DNA from: an uncultured Spirochaetales bacterium
GTDB taxonomy: Bacteria; Spirochaetota; Spirochaetia; CAYRYS01
Assembly: GCA_964428555.1 (NCBI GenBank)
Contig: CAYRYS010000004.1
Location: 1-64,000 of the forward strand
Direction: 5' to 3'
DNA length: 64,000 nucleotides
This document shows, one piece after another, positions 28,725 through 38,793 of this stretch (the stretch's first letter is position 1; every line of letters starts with the position of its first letter). The position numbers were made by a program, and so were the translations under genes. The notes beneath the pieces are model-generated. The model was given only the letters and a program-made list of their open reading frames with translations. It made no database searches and was not told the DNA's origin.

Positions 28725-31004
28725 GTGAATATAAAAAGCAAGATTCGTCTCTTTATTATCAGCAGTCTAATTATCATCACTACAGTCGCCGGACTGCTCT
28801 ATGCTATTGTTGGAGCAAGGAGAATATCAGCAGAATCGAAGGAAAATGTTAATCTTATAGTTAGTAACTATGCAGAGATATTCAATGTGAATATGCAGAA
28901 CTACAAGCGGATCACTCAGGATTTTTCTGCCTCAGTTGTAGTTGGAACATACATTCCTGAAGTATTTGCAGAAGCCAGCCGATTGTATCCTGAGTTTGAG
29001 CATATCGTATATGCAAATCAGGAAGCCCGGATTCTCCATACCTATCCATATCGAGAAGATATCATTGGACGAAACATAAGTGATGAAGCATATTGGCAGC
29101 AAGCTATAGTATCGGGAGACACATACATATCAGAGATCAATACAGACTTTGGATACCCTGCAATCATTTTTGCTGCACCGGTGTTCTCTTATTTTCAAAA
29201 TGAAAGCGAACCGAATTTTCATGGAACCGTACTGGTAACCCTACCCCTAGAATACTTTCAGCAGCGCATACAGGAGATTACTATTGGTGAAACAGGTTCT
29301 GCTTTTTTGATCAATAGAAACGGGGAATTCTTGGGGCATACCGACGGATCAGAATTACCCACAGGGAACCTATCACAATGGAGTGAATATTATGGTTTTT
29401 CAGAGATTGAAGAATATTTAGACGGCAGCTACACAGGATCCGGGAATATTTACACACCGGAACAGCTATATCTATCTTTTCATCCTATCCCGGAAACAGA
29501 TTGGTTCCTTATCATCACTCAGCAGATGTCGGAACTACATAAAGACCTGTATAACACTATCCTTCTCCTTCTCATTATTTTTCTTATCAGCATAGGAATC
29601 GCTGCATTAGTTAGTAAGTATGCAGCAAAAAGCATTATTTCACCGCTTCAACAGAATCTTGATCTGCTAAAGAGCCTTGCCGAAGGAAAAACAGACTCGA
29701 GCAAAATACAATGGATGCAGCAAAATGATGAGTTTGGAGAGATTGCTGAACAATTTAATAAGGTCATATCAAACCTCAACACAATTGCTAAGCGTTTAGA
29801 TATTGACCTGCAGCGGGAAAAGCAGGAAAAAATCAGAACAGTATCAGCTCTTCATGATACTCAAGCGCGTTTTAAGGCAATTTTCAACCAGACTTTTCAG
29901 TATATATGGCTCCTCTCCCCGGACGGCGCAATACTCGAGGCAAATTCAACCTTTTTGAATTCTGCCGGTTTGGAGAGAAGCGGAATATTACAGATTGACT
30001 TTTGCAAAGCCCAGTGGTGGATCAACGAAAAGACAAAGTCCATTGTAACAAAAAACTTTAACGAAGCAAGGAACGGAATCCTGGTGCGTTTTGAAACAGA
30101 GATTCATGTCTCAGACAGTATTCATTCCCTGGACTTCTCATTAAAACCTATTTTTTTAGAGAACGACCCCAGTGAAGTTACATTAATTATAGCTGAAGGC
30201 AGAGACATTACTCAAAGAAAACAGATGCAGGCAGAACTTGAAAAGCATAAAAATCAGTTAGAAGTGCTGGTCCAAGAACGGACACAGGAACTGGAAGCAG
30301 CACAAGCTGAGCTTATAAAAAAGGAAAAGTTCTCAGTACTGGGCCAGCTTACCGCGATAGTAAGCCATGAAATCCGCAACCCCCTAGGTACGATCCGCAG
30401 TTCCGCATATATTTTAGAAAAACGTTCTGCAAAAGAAGATGAAAAGATAAACCGCGCTATTACAAGAATACAGAGGAATGTAATTCGCTGCGACTCCATT
30501 ATTGAAGAACTACTGGATTATACCAGAAACACGAAGGTGGAACTTGTTCAAAAGAATATTGATCAATGGATTCAAGACTTTATTGAAACCTATGAAAAAG
30601 CTGAGGGAATTCCGATCACCCTAGATCTCCACTCAGAAATGGATATCAACTTTGATCCTGAACAGATTCGAAGAGTTTTTATTAATTTAATTGACAATGC
30701 TGTACATGCAATTCAAGATATACCTGCAGAGAACGTGGATTCAAATTATATAAATATTAGTACAGAGAATAACGGAGATTCTATAAGAATACTAATATCT
30801 GACACAGGGTCGGGGATATCCAAGGAAAATAAAGAGAAGATTTTTGAACCGCTTTTCAGCACAAAGGGATTCGGAGTCGGACTTGGACTCCCGATTGTAA
30901 AACACATAATCGACCTGCATGCAGGAAAAATAGAACTGTATTCTGAAACAGAAAAGGGCACAACGTTTGTCATCACACTTCCAAAGGAAGGACCTGAGAT
31001 ATGA
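28725..31004 (+). CDS. Sensor histidine kinase (TM - Cache-like periplasmic domain - TM - HAMP - PAS - HisKA - HATPase)
   Basis: GTG start after AAGAGGT. H-box SHEIRNPLGTIRSS. G-boxes DTGSGISKENKEKIFEPLFSTKGFGVGLGL. Confidence 0.85.
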   Translation: MNIKSKIRLFIISSLIIITTVAGLLYAIVGARRISAESKENVNLIVSNYAEIFNVNMQNYKRITQDFSASVVVGTYIPEVFAEASRLYPEFEHIVYANQEARILHTYPYREDIIGRNISDEAYWQQAIVSGDTYISEINTDFGYPAIIFAAPVFSYFQNESEPNFHGTVLVTLPLEYFQQRIQEITIGETGSAFLINRNGEFLGHTDGSELPTGNLSQWSEYYGFSEIEEYLDGSYTGSGNIYTPEQLYLSFHPIPETDWFLIITQQMSELHKDLYNTILLLLIIFLISIGIAALVSKYAAKSIISPLQQNLDLLKSLAEGKTDSSKIQWMQQNDEFGEIAEQFNKVISNLNTIAKRLDIDLQREKQEKIRTVSALHDTQARFKAIFNQTFQYIWLLSPDGAILEANSTFLNSAGLERSGILQIDFCKAQWWINEKTKSIVTKNFNEARNGILVRFETEIHVSDSIHSLDFSLKPIFLENDPSEVTLIIAEGRDITQRKQMQAELEKHKNQLEVLVQERTQELEAAQAELIKKEKFSVLGQLTAIVSHEIRNPLGTIRSSAYILEKRSAKEDEKINRAITRIQRNVIRCDSIIEELLDYTRNTKVELVQKNIDQWIQDFIETYEKAEGIPITLDLHSEMDINFDPEQIRRVFINLIDNAVHAIQDIPAENVDSNYINISTENNGDSIRILISDTGSGISKENKEKIFEPLFSTKGFGVGLGLPIVKHIIDLHAGKIELYSETEKGTTFVITLPKEGPEI

Positions 31005-33079
31005 ATAAAGTAAAGGCAGATAGTAGCAAGGCTGTAAAACAAATATTAATAATAGATGATGACACTGACTTCGCGGAAAGCATAAGCGATATTCTTGAGA
31101 TGTATGAATATTCGCCTAGAATTGCCACAAATCTTGAAAATGCAGATACTTTGTTTCATGAATGTATCCCGGATGTCGTATTATTGGATATTCATATCGG
31201 AAATAAAAATGGTATTTCATTTATAGAGAAAAACATACACCAGTACCCTGACACCCTTTTTTTAGTAGTAACCGCTTTCGCTGGTGTGGAGTCAGCACTT
31301 GATGCATTGAAATCCGGTGCATACGATTATTTAAGAAAACCAATAAGCACTGATGATCTCCTCGCATCTCTTGACAGGTGTTTTGAAAAACTTCTCCTGG
31401 AAAAGAAAAACAGACAATCTGAACAAGCATTAATAAGACAGAATGAGCGGTTAGAAGAGGTTAACCGCAGGTTGAGAAATATTGTGGAATCTGCATCAAT
31501 TATAAATTCTGAGAATTCAATTAAAGAATCTATACATGCAATTCTTTCGGAATTCCATGCAAACTTTACCATAGATCGAAGCGCTATACTTTTCAACCAG
31601 CAAAAAGGATACACCATTTATACATATTCAGGTTCTGATTATAATTGGGTAGACTTGGATAATCTTGATCAGTTTCCAATTCTTAATCATGCTATTAGGG
31701 AAGATTACCGTATATTATCTGAATCAGAAAGACTATCATATGAGCCGTTTCATGATTTTTCAGGTCCGGTTTTGCTTCTTCCGTTAAAGGAAAAGGAAGA
31801 AACCCAGCTAGGAATGGTCCTTTTACATAGAGCCTCACAGAGATTTACCCAAATTGATATTGATATTGCCCGTGTTATGTGTTCACTTGCAGCAAGCGCG
31901 ATACTTAATTCAAGGTCACAGGAAGAGTTAAATAGAAAAGAAACAGTAATTCAGCAAAGCAAAAAAATGGAGGCAATGGGCAGGTTATCCAGCGGAATTG
32001 CCCACGATTTCAACAATATTCTAACTGGAATATTAGGATGCACTGAACTTCTCATAATGAATGCGAAGGAAGCGGACAAACAGTATCTGCATGAAATCTC
32101 ATGCGCAGTTTCACACGGCTCAGCCCTTACAAAACAGCTTCTTACATTCAGCAGACAGAAGGATACAGAGCCCGAGATAATAAATGTAAACACTATTATA
32201 TCTGCAATGGAAAATATTCTCACAATGCTCTTTGGAGATGAGGTAAATCTACATCTTGACCTCTGTTCTTCCGGCACAGAGGTAGAAATTGAGACAAACC
32301 AGCTTAAACGGGTAATTCTCAATATCGCGATTAACGCAAAAGATGCAATGGCAGGACACGGAGAGTTTTATCTGACCACTCGGTTAAAGCAGATATCTTC
32401 TGAAAACTCAAATGAATTTCCAGACCTTCAAACAGGCAAGTATGTTCAGATACTTTTTCGAGATTCAGGGCCTGGGATAGATAAATCGGTACTACCGGAA
32501 ATATTCGAGCCCTTCTTTACTACAAAGGAAAATGAACGCGGAACCGGATTAGGATTATCTACAGTGTTTGGGATTATAAAACGCAGCGGAGGCACAATAA
32601 CTGCGGAAAATGCTCCGGATTTGGGCGCACAGTTTTCAATCTTAATTCCAAAAGCACTTAAAGCTCCGAACAACCTTGCTATTTCTGAAATAAAAGAAAA
32701 ACCCGATTATACTGGTGTACATGCACTGGTAGTTGAAGATGATCCGGCAATTCGTAATATCATCATCAAAATAACAAATCTACACGGCATAACAACCCAG
32801 GCAGCACAAAACGGGATAGAAGCCCGGGATATTATTCTCGCTAACCCTAAGTCCTTTGATATTATTATTACAGATGTAAGAATGCCAAAAATAAATGGAT
32901 ATGAATTAGCTGAATCTGTATTCCGTATAAACACAGAGATAAAAATATTATTTATCTCAGGAAATTCTTTTTATCATCCTCCAGCGTTAGTCTCTGAAAA
33001 CAAAAACAACACAGCTCTGCTGCAAAAACCCTTTACCCAAGATGAATTGTTCATGAAAATATCTGACTTACTCTCCTAA
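31001..33079 (+). CDS. Hybrid sensor kinase: REC - GAF/PAS-like - HisKA - HATPase - REC
   Basis: N-terminal REC ILIIDDDTDFAESI...LLDIHIGNKNG. H-box SGIAHDFNNILTGILG. G2 box GTGLGLS. C-terminal REC ALVVEDDPAIRN...IIITDVRMPKINGYEL. The ATG overlaps the upstream stop (ATGA). Confidence 0.85.
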   Translation: MNKVKADSSKAVKQILIIDDDTDFAESISDILEMYEYSPRIATNLENADTLFHECIPDVVLLDIHIGNKNGISFIEKNIHQYPDTLFLVVTAFAGVESALDALKSGAYDYLRKPISTDDLLASLDRCFEKLLLEKKNRQSEQALIRQNERLEEVNRRLRNIVESASIINSENSIKESIHAILSEFHANFTIDRSAILFNQQKGYTIYTYSGSDYNWVDLDNLDQFPILNHAIREDYRILSESERLSYEPFHDFSGPVLLLPLKEKEETQLGMVLLHRASQRFTQIDIDIARVMCSLAASAILNSRSQEELNRKETVIQQSKKMEAMGRLSSGIAHDFNNILTGILGCTELLIMNAKEADKQYLHEISCAVSHGSALTKQLLTFSRQKDTEPEIINVNTIISAMENILTMLFGDEVNLHLDLCSSGTEVEIETNQLKRVILNIAINAKDAMAGHGEFYLTTRLKQISSENSNEFPDLQTGKYVQILFRDSGPGIDKSVLPEIFEPFFTTKENERGTGLGLSTVFGIIKRSGGTITAENAPDLGAQFSILIPKALKAPNNLAISEIKEKPDYTGVHALVVEDDPAIRNIIIKITNLHGITTQAAQNGIEARDIILANPKSFDIIITDVRMPKINGYELAESVFRINTEIKILFISGNSFYHPPALVSENKNNTALLQKPFTQDELFMKISDLLS

Positions 33080-33267
33080 CCTATACGCTTCTATTCTTAC
33101 TAATGCAAGCTGCAAAATACGTGCATCAACTACTAGGAATAAGCATCTATCATAGAAATAAGATGAAAATAGTAGCAGTAATATTTCTCGGAACCAGCTT
33201 GTTCAGTTTTTGCCCATTATATAAAATTCTTGGTGTAAATACAGTAAAGCGGGAAGAGTAATACTAC

Positions 33268-34149
33268 CTACTGATTGAAAAGAAGGTTTATAGCACCGAT
33301 GGGACTGGCTGTCAATTTGGCAACAGTCGGGCATTTTGCCATAAACAGGTAGAAAACAGGTTTTTCCGGGTCTGTGAAGGACTCGAAATTCCCCTGGCCC
33401 TTACTAATTACCATGTCTGATTGGTTGTAAATATATAGAAACTCTTCAGAGCATTTTTCCAGTACAGTGCCTGGAAGGGTAGAACCTGAGGATATTACCG
33501 GGGCAGTTATGTCTATTCCCGAAGCAACAGCGTCTTCTTTTACTGCATCATTTATTATTGGTGTTTCTTTTACTGTGTAATAGAGTCTTTTTTTTGGGTA
33601 CTCCCTCAGAATTTCCTCGATAAGGATCCTGTCAAATACTGTTTCTCCTGCATTATCTCCAAGATAGATTATCTGTTTAGACTTCTCAAGATGTTCTTGA
33701 AATGATTCATAGGCGAAATAGGAAGAGTCAGCGTTTTTCACCATCGCCTCTTCTTTTCTGAGCATTTTCCCGATTTCAGATTCAACATCCACAGAGTTCT
33801 TTGCACCGAAATCAATCACATTTCCGGCAATTGCCAGTTCAACAGCTGTAAGGAGAGGCTCATCGGATTGTTTTATTTTATCCTTGCACCCTGAATACGC
33901 TGTCAGCGCCATAGTTATGCTATGTTGTTTAATCTCCCTGTATACATCTTCCTCTCCGGATTCCTGTTTAATTATTTTATGAATCTTTTCCGCAAGCTCA
34001 GGTGGGCTGAGATCCAGCGATTGACATGCAATCACCTTACCCACCTGGTCAATAACAGTTTTTGTCCGGGAATCGGTCAACCCTGCTATTCTGGAAGCAT
34101 CTATAGTCTGTCTATATAAGCATGGGATGCAGTCAATGTATGTATTCAT
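33268..34149 (-). CDS. DUF89 / ARMT1-like family protein (putative metal-dependent damage-control phosphatase)
   Basis: N-terminal CIPCLYRQ motif and overall length fit DUF89. AGAGGA RBS. Confidence 0.5.
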   Translation of the reverse strand: MNTYIDCIPCLYRQTIDASRIAGLTDSRTKTVIDQVGKVIACQSLDLSPPELAEKIHKIIKQESGEEDVYREIKQHSITMALTAYSGCKDKIKQSDEPLLTAVELAIAGNVIDFGAKNSVDVESEIGKMLRKEEAMVKNADSSYFAYESFQEHLEKSKQIIYLGDNAGETVFDRILIEEILREYPKKRLYYTVKETPIINDAVKEDAVASGIDITAPVISSGSTLPGTVLEKCSEEFLYIYNQSDMVISKGQGNFESFTDPEKPVFYLFMAKCPTVAKLTASPIGAINLLFNQ

Positions 34150-34230
34150 AAGTCCTCTTTGAAAAAGCCGGGGCCAAAAGGTCCCGGTTTAGTGTGCTTG
34201 TTTGATTATGTTTCATCAAAATATACGTTT

Positions 34231-35925
34231 CTATTTTTCTCTGCAATAGGGCCAGGCAAGAACACCGCCTTCCATCACCTTCACATTAGTATATCCTTCA
34301 CCTTGAAGAAGCCTTGATGCCTCGTATCCACGGAGGGAAATCTTACAATAGGTAATAATCTCAGCATTTTTGTCTGCAGGCAGTTCCTCTAACCGGTCCC
34401 TAAGTTTTCCAAGGGGGATAAGCCTTTCACCTATTCCTAGACGCATCTGTTCAAACTCATCTGGTCCGCGCACATCGAGGATAAAAGCATCAGTACCTGT
34501 GTCTGCCATCTTTTTTACCTCTTTAGCGGAAATGCCAGTAAAGAGGCCGCGCATTTTATTCTGTAATACATGAGCAGTACCGATAAAATTATCGATCGCA
34601 AGCTGGAATGGAGGAGCATAAGGTAGATCAAGGTTCACTAATGTCTCAATACCAATACCCCCTTGAAGAGCAGTTGCAGCCTGGGCAACCTGCTTACTTA
34701 CGTCTCCCAAGCCAATGCATTGGAATCCAAGTAATTTTCCACTCTTCCTGTCCGCTACCATAGAGGAGATCAAGGGCTTACCCTGCATGAATCCAGGTTT
34801 GTCAGGTCCGGCAGTTACAATTGAGACAGGATCAAACCCCTCTGCTTTTGCGTTCTTTGCTGTCAATCCTGTTGAACCGACTGTATAATCAAAGACTTTG
34901 CAGATTCCTGTTTGTACTGTTCCAGTATACCTTACCTTTGGAGTATCTAATACTGCGTTCTCTCCAGCAACCCTTCCCTGAAGATTCGCTAGGTCTCCAT
35001 ATGGAGCTAGTACAGTTTTTCCTGTCTGTACCTGTTTAACTTCAATACAATCTCCTACAGCATAGATATCCTTCTTGCTTGTCTGGAGATATTCATCTAC
35101 CAGTATACCCTTTAAGTTCCCAATCTGTATTCCAGCATTCTTCGCAAGCTCAACATTCGGAGAAACACCAATTGCAATGACCGCCAGCTCGGCTGGGATC
35201 TCGGTTCCATTGGCAAGCTTGATCGCGGAAAGCCTTCCGCTTTCACCCAAGAACTCTTTGAGTCCATTGTTTGTAACAATATGGGCTCCCTTCGCCTTCA
35301 TATGGTTTTCAACCAGCATCGCAAGCTGGGGTTCCATAAAAGAAAGAATGTGAGGCAGCATTTCAACAACAATCACCTCTATGCCAGCAAGATGAAGCGC
35401 CTCTGCTGTTTCAACACCAATCAATCCTCCACCAATAACTACAGCCCTTTTGACCTTTCCTTCATCCCGCACCTTTCGCAGGTAATCAGCATCTTGGAGA
35501 GACTGTAATGTAGTAATGCCTTCTAGGTCGATTCCAGGTAAAGGTGGTATTTTAGGGTTTGCACCCGTTGCTATAATCAATTTGTCATACTGAATTGACT
35601 CCTCTTTCTTGTCCGGAATAGAACACACTGTTACGGTTTTTTCATCTACATTTATCCCAATTGCCTCAGTTTCTGTTTTTGCTGTAATATTCTTGGCATT
35701 CATGAAAAACTTCGGGTCACGCACCACTCCAGTGGGTGTGCTGATGAGTTTATTTCTGTCATCAAAAAAACCACCCACATAATATGGATAACCGCAGGAT
35801 GCCATAGACAGATACTTTTCTTTTTGTATAATAGTAATGTTAGCATTTGGATCCATTCTGCGGGCCCTGGCTGCCGCTTTCGGGCCTGCGGCGGATCCTC
35901 CTATTATAACAATTCGTTTTGCCAT
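34231..35925 (-). CDS. CoA-disulfide reductase with C-terminal rhodanese domain (FAD pyridine-nucleotide disulfide oxidoreductase)
   Basis: FAD motif VIIGGSAAGPKAA, redox Cys in SCGYPYY, second Rossmann VVIGGGLIGVE, C-terminal rhodanese with active-site CKISLRG. AAGGAGGAAAA RBS. Confidence 0.8.
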   Translation of the reverse strand: MAKRIVIIGGSAAGPKAAARARRMDPNANITIIQKEKYLSMASCGYPYYVGGFFDDRNKLISTPTGVVRDPKFFMNAKNITAKTETEAIGINVDEKTVTVCSIPDKKEESIQYDKLIIATGANPKIPPLPGIDLEGITTLQSLQDADYLRKVRDEGKVKRAVVIGGGLIGVETAEALHLAGIEVIVVEMLPHILSFMEPQLAMLVENHMKAKGAHIVTNNGLKEFLGESGRLSAIKLANGTEIPAELAVIAIGVSPNVELAKNAGIQIGNLKGILVDEYLQTSKKDIYAVGDCIEVKQVQTGKTVLAPYGDLANLQGRVAGENAVLDTPKVRYTGTVQTGICKVFDYTVGSTGLTAKNAKAEGFDPVSIVTAGPDKPGFMQGKPLISSMVADRKSGKLLGFQCIGLGDVSKQVAQAATALQGGIGIETLVNLDLPYAPPFQLAIDNFIGTAHVLQNKMRGLFTGISAKEVKKMADTGTDAFILDVRGPDEFEQMRLGIGERLIPLGKLRDRLEELPADKNAEIITYCKISLRGYEASRLLQGEGYTNVKVMEGGVLAWPYCREK

Positions 35926-35934
35926 TTTTCCTCC

Positions 35935-36375
35935 TTATTCATTTAGTATTTCTAATATTGAAAAAAGCTCTTTCCGTAACCGGTAAAAGCGTTCTTCCGT
36001 TAAGGACGATTTGTTCAGTCTATTCAGGGGCATGTTCACAGCACGCTGTTTTAAATCCATACCTTTTTTAGTAATTGATATATGAACCACCCTCTCATCA
36101 TTATTGCTTCGTCTTCGTTGAAGGAGTTCGTTTTTCTGCATCCGCTTTAATAAGGGTGTGATTGTACCAGTATCCAAATACAGCCTTTTAGCAATCTTCC
36201 CAACTGTTGTCTCTTCCTCTTCCCATAGAACCAAGAGCACTAAATACTGGGGATATGTAACTCCAAGATCATCAAGATAGGGTTTCATGGCTTTTAGTAC
36301 TGCCCTGGAAGCTGCGTACAAGGCAAAACAGCATTGATTATCTAAGCTGATTTTTTCAAGCTTTTTATCTTTCAC
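35935..36375 (-). CDS. MarR-family transcriptional regulator
   Basis: Winged HTH YPQYLVLLVLWEEEETTVGKIAKRLYLDTGTITPLLKRMQKNELLQRRR. I place the start at GTG 36375 (AGGAGA 8 nt upstream) rather than the ORF-track ATG 36441. Confidence 0.7.
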   Translation of the reverse strand: MKDKKLEKISLDNQCCFALYAASRAVLKAMKPYLDDLGVTYPQYLVLLVLWEEEETTVGKIAKRLYLDTGTITPLLKRMQKNELLQRRRSNNDERVVHISITKKGMDLKQRAVNMPLNRLNKSSLTEERFYRLRKELFSILEILNE

Positions 36376-36394
36376 TATAATATTGTCTCCTATT

Positions 36395-36410
36395 ATATTG
36401 CGTACAATAT
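36395..36410. promoter_or_regulatory. Perfect 6-bp inverted repeat ATATTG-N4-CAATAT in the marR leader (candidate MarR operator)
   Basis: The palindrome lies 20-35 nt upstream of the proposed GTG start and overlaps the region where the marR promoter should be. Confidence 0.3.
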
Positions 36411-36460
36411 TTATGGTAAAATAAGAAACACAAAAACACAAGAGAAATTTCTATCAATTT

Positions 36461-37396
36461 TCACTCTTGTTTTTCAAAATACTTTCCTTGGTATGTATTT
36501 TGTGCTTCCAATGCTGCATCAAGCATCTGATAAAAACGGTTCTTATCCGGGAAATTCCTTGGTGCAGCAAGAAGCCGGTCAGGGGTATCGCAGGTTACAC
36601 GCAGAATTACAGTTTCCGGAGGTAATAGCTCTAATGCTTTAATTACCAGGTCCAAGTGCTCCTCCGGCTGCAGCGGTTGTATTTCACCTCTCTCATACAT
36701 CTTGAAAATTGGTGTATTATATGGAATATGCAGATTATGGATTTTTACTCCATCCGGCGCAAGGCTGCTGACAAAGCGCACAGTCTCCAGGATTTGCTTT
36801 TCCCCTTCTCCGGGAAGCCCGAAAATAAGGTGAACTGCAACATTGATTCCCCGTTTTGTAAGCATACGGTAGGCTTTTATGAAATCCTCCAAGGAATGTC
36901 CTCTGTTGATTGTGCGTAACGTAGAATTATGCATACTCTGCAGTCCCAGCTCTACCCAAACAGAATAATCCTTTCTCCGGTACGAAGCAAGCAGATCTGC
37001 CTTTTCCTCGTCAACACAGTCAGGACGCGTTGACACCACTAAGCCGGTAAAATCTGCTGCGCAGAGTGCTGCATCGTAAACCCGTTTCAACTCATCTACC
37101 TGCGCATATGTGCTGGAAAATGCCTGGAAATACAGAAGAAATTTTGTTGCAGAATACCGCTGTTTCATGAAAGCAATACTTTTTTCGATTTGCCGATGCA
37201 GGTCCTGGCATTCGAGAAGATACGGAGCTTTGGCACCGCGGGCTTCACAATAGATACAACCACCAGTTGTACGGTCCTTTCCGCGGTTTGGGCAAGAAAA
37301 CCCGGCATCCACACCTATTCTATATACCTTTGTCCCATATTTGTTTTTCAGATACCGGCTGTAACGGTGAAATCGGCTGTCTCCAGGAAACTCCAT
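36461..37396 (-). CDS. Radical SAM protein, TIGR01212 (YhcC-like) family
   Basis: Cys cluster CPNRGKDRTTGGCIYC with the noncanonical spacing typical of the TIGR01212 family. GAGGA RBS. Confidence 0.7.
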   Translation of the reverse strand: MEFPGDSRFHRYSRYLKNKYGTKVYRIGVDAGFSCPNRGKDRTTGGCIYCEARGAKAPYLLECQDLHRQIEKSIAFMKQRYSATKFLLYFQAFSSTYAQVDELKRVYDAALCAADFTGLVVSTRPDCVDEEKADLLASYRRKDYSVWVELGLQSMHNSTLRTINRGHSLEDFIKAYRMLTKRGINVAVHLIFGLPGEGEKQILETVRFVSSLAPDGVKIHNLHIPYNTPIFKMYERGEIQPLQPEEHLDLVIKALELLPPETVILRVTCDTPDRLLAAPRNFPDKNRFYQMLDAALEAQNTYQGKYFEKQE

Positions 37397-37451
37397 TCCT
37401 CATTATGGACCAGGTGTAACCGGATTGACAACCCGGCAAATGCACACTAAT

Positions 37452-38693
37452 ATGCCAAGCATGAGACGACTGCTTCCAATACTTTTTATCCTTATTTTAT
37501 CAGGCTGCACGCTTTTTGAAGATAATATTGCGGTACTCTGGACTGACCAGCCTGAAATTGCAGCATACATAGAAATATTCAATTCTATTCAAAACGAGTA
37601 TAGAATTGAGCTTATGTATAAGGAATCTCCTGCCAGTGCACTTTTGGAAGGAGATGAAGAAGCCCCGGATATTGTTATTTCAAGATGGCTTGCAAATTCT
37701 CAGCTGCTGCCGGAATTTTTACCACTGAATAATTTATTTGAATCTGAGGATGCGCAGTTAGAAGAAAATGACTTTTACAGAAATCTGCTTTCCCCATGTA
37801 GATACAATGAGCAATTACATCTCCTTCCGGTTTCCTTTAATATGCCCCTAATTATTGAGCGTTCAGAATACAGTGACAGTTCTAGTTTTTTCTATACTTT
37901 AGAAGAACTCCAAAGCAATGGACAGGAATTCAACAGAATAGCCGACGGCAGGTACCATAATCTCGGTTTTTCACCCCGCTGGGACAGTGAGTTTATCTAT
38001 TTTACAGCCCGTTTGTTTGGAACAAATTTCCGGGCAAGGAGCAGAGGTGTTAACTGGAACCAGGAAAACCTAATAAACTCATTGGACCAGTGCAGATCCT
38101 GGATAGAATCAGCTAACAGCGGTACAGAAATGGATATTGCTTTTGAAAGCAGATACTTATACGACCCCATCTACAAGCTGGTAAACACTGGAAGAGTTAG
38201 GTTCGGGTTTTATAATCTCTATGATTACTATCTGCTTCCAGAGGTAAAACGGGACAATCTAAGTTTTCAGTGGATAAGCAGAAATGACCGAATCCCAGTA
38301 TCTGACGAGGTCCAATATATTGGTATTCATAATTCTACCAACTCCCGCACCGCAGCTATGGCATTTGCTTCCTGGTTTTTTCAGCCGCAAAACCAAATTC
38401 TCTTTCTGCAGACCTTTCAACAGAAGCGCATGCGTGCTTTTGGTATATCAGGCGGCTTCTCCTCCCTTGTAGAAATAAATGAAAGAGAACTTCCTAATTT
38501 TTACCCTTCACTTGTCGGAAAAGTTCCGCCTGAGGAGTTCCTTCTCTTTCCTTCCCGGCTTCCTGTGAACTGGGCAGGTATCCGGGAGGAGGTTGTCTTT
38601 CCCTGGCTTGAGTCGAATCTCGATTCACAAGAGATTAATGCATCTGCTTTATCAAATAATATTGATGAATGGTTCAGACAGGAAAGCAACTAG
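37452..38693 (+). CDS. Hypothetical lipoprotein
   Basis: Lipoprotein signal M(PS)MRRLLPILFILILSGC. The ORF-track start 37425 is TTG; the ATG candidates are 37440, 37452 and 37461. No recognisable catalytic motifs. Confidence 0.5.
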   Translation: MPSMRRLLPILFILILSGCTLFEDNIAVLWTDQPEIAAYIEIFNSIQNEYRIELMYKESPASALLEGDEEAPDIVISRWLANSQLLPEFLPLNNLFESEDAQLEENDFYRNLLSPCRYNEQLHLLPVSFNMPLIIERSEYSDSSSFFYTLEELQSNGQEFNRIADGRYHNLGFSPRWDSEFIYFTARLFGTNFRARSRGVNWNQENLINSLDQCRSWIESANSGTEMDIAFESRYLYDPIYKLVNTGRVRFGFYNLYDYYLLPEVKRDNLSFQWISRNDRIPVSDEVQYIGIHNSTNSRTAAMAFASWFFQPQNQILFLQTFQQKRMRAFGISGGFSSLVEINERELPNFYPSLVGKVPPEEFLLFPSRLPVNWAGIREEVVFPWLESNLDSQEINASALSNNIDEWFRQESN

Positions 38694-38793
38694 CTTAAGG
38701 AACACATTTCCTGATCATTTTTAACAAGAATTTAATTATCACATCTTGATTTACCAAATCTGTTCTTTTACTGTTTATGTAAAGAGGTGAATC

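Noticed and set aside
37425-37451. ORF-track TTG start for the lipoprotein 37425..38693
   Set aside because: It would put the start 28 nt from the divergent radical-SAM start with a long, unusual n-region. Downstream ATGs give a canonical lipoprotein signal MRRLLPILFILILSGC.
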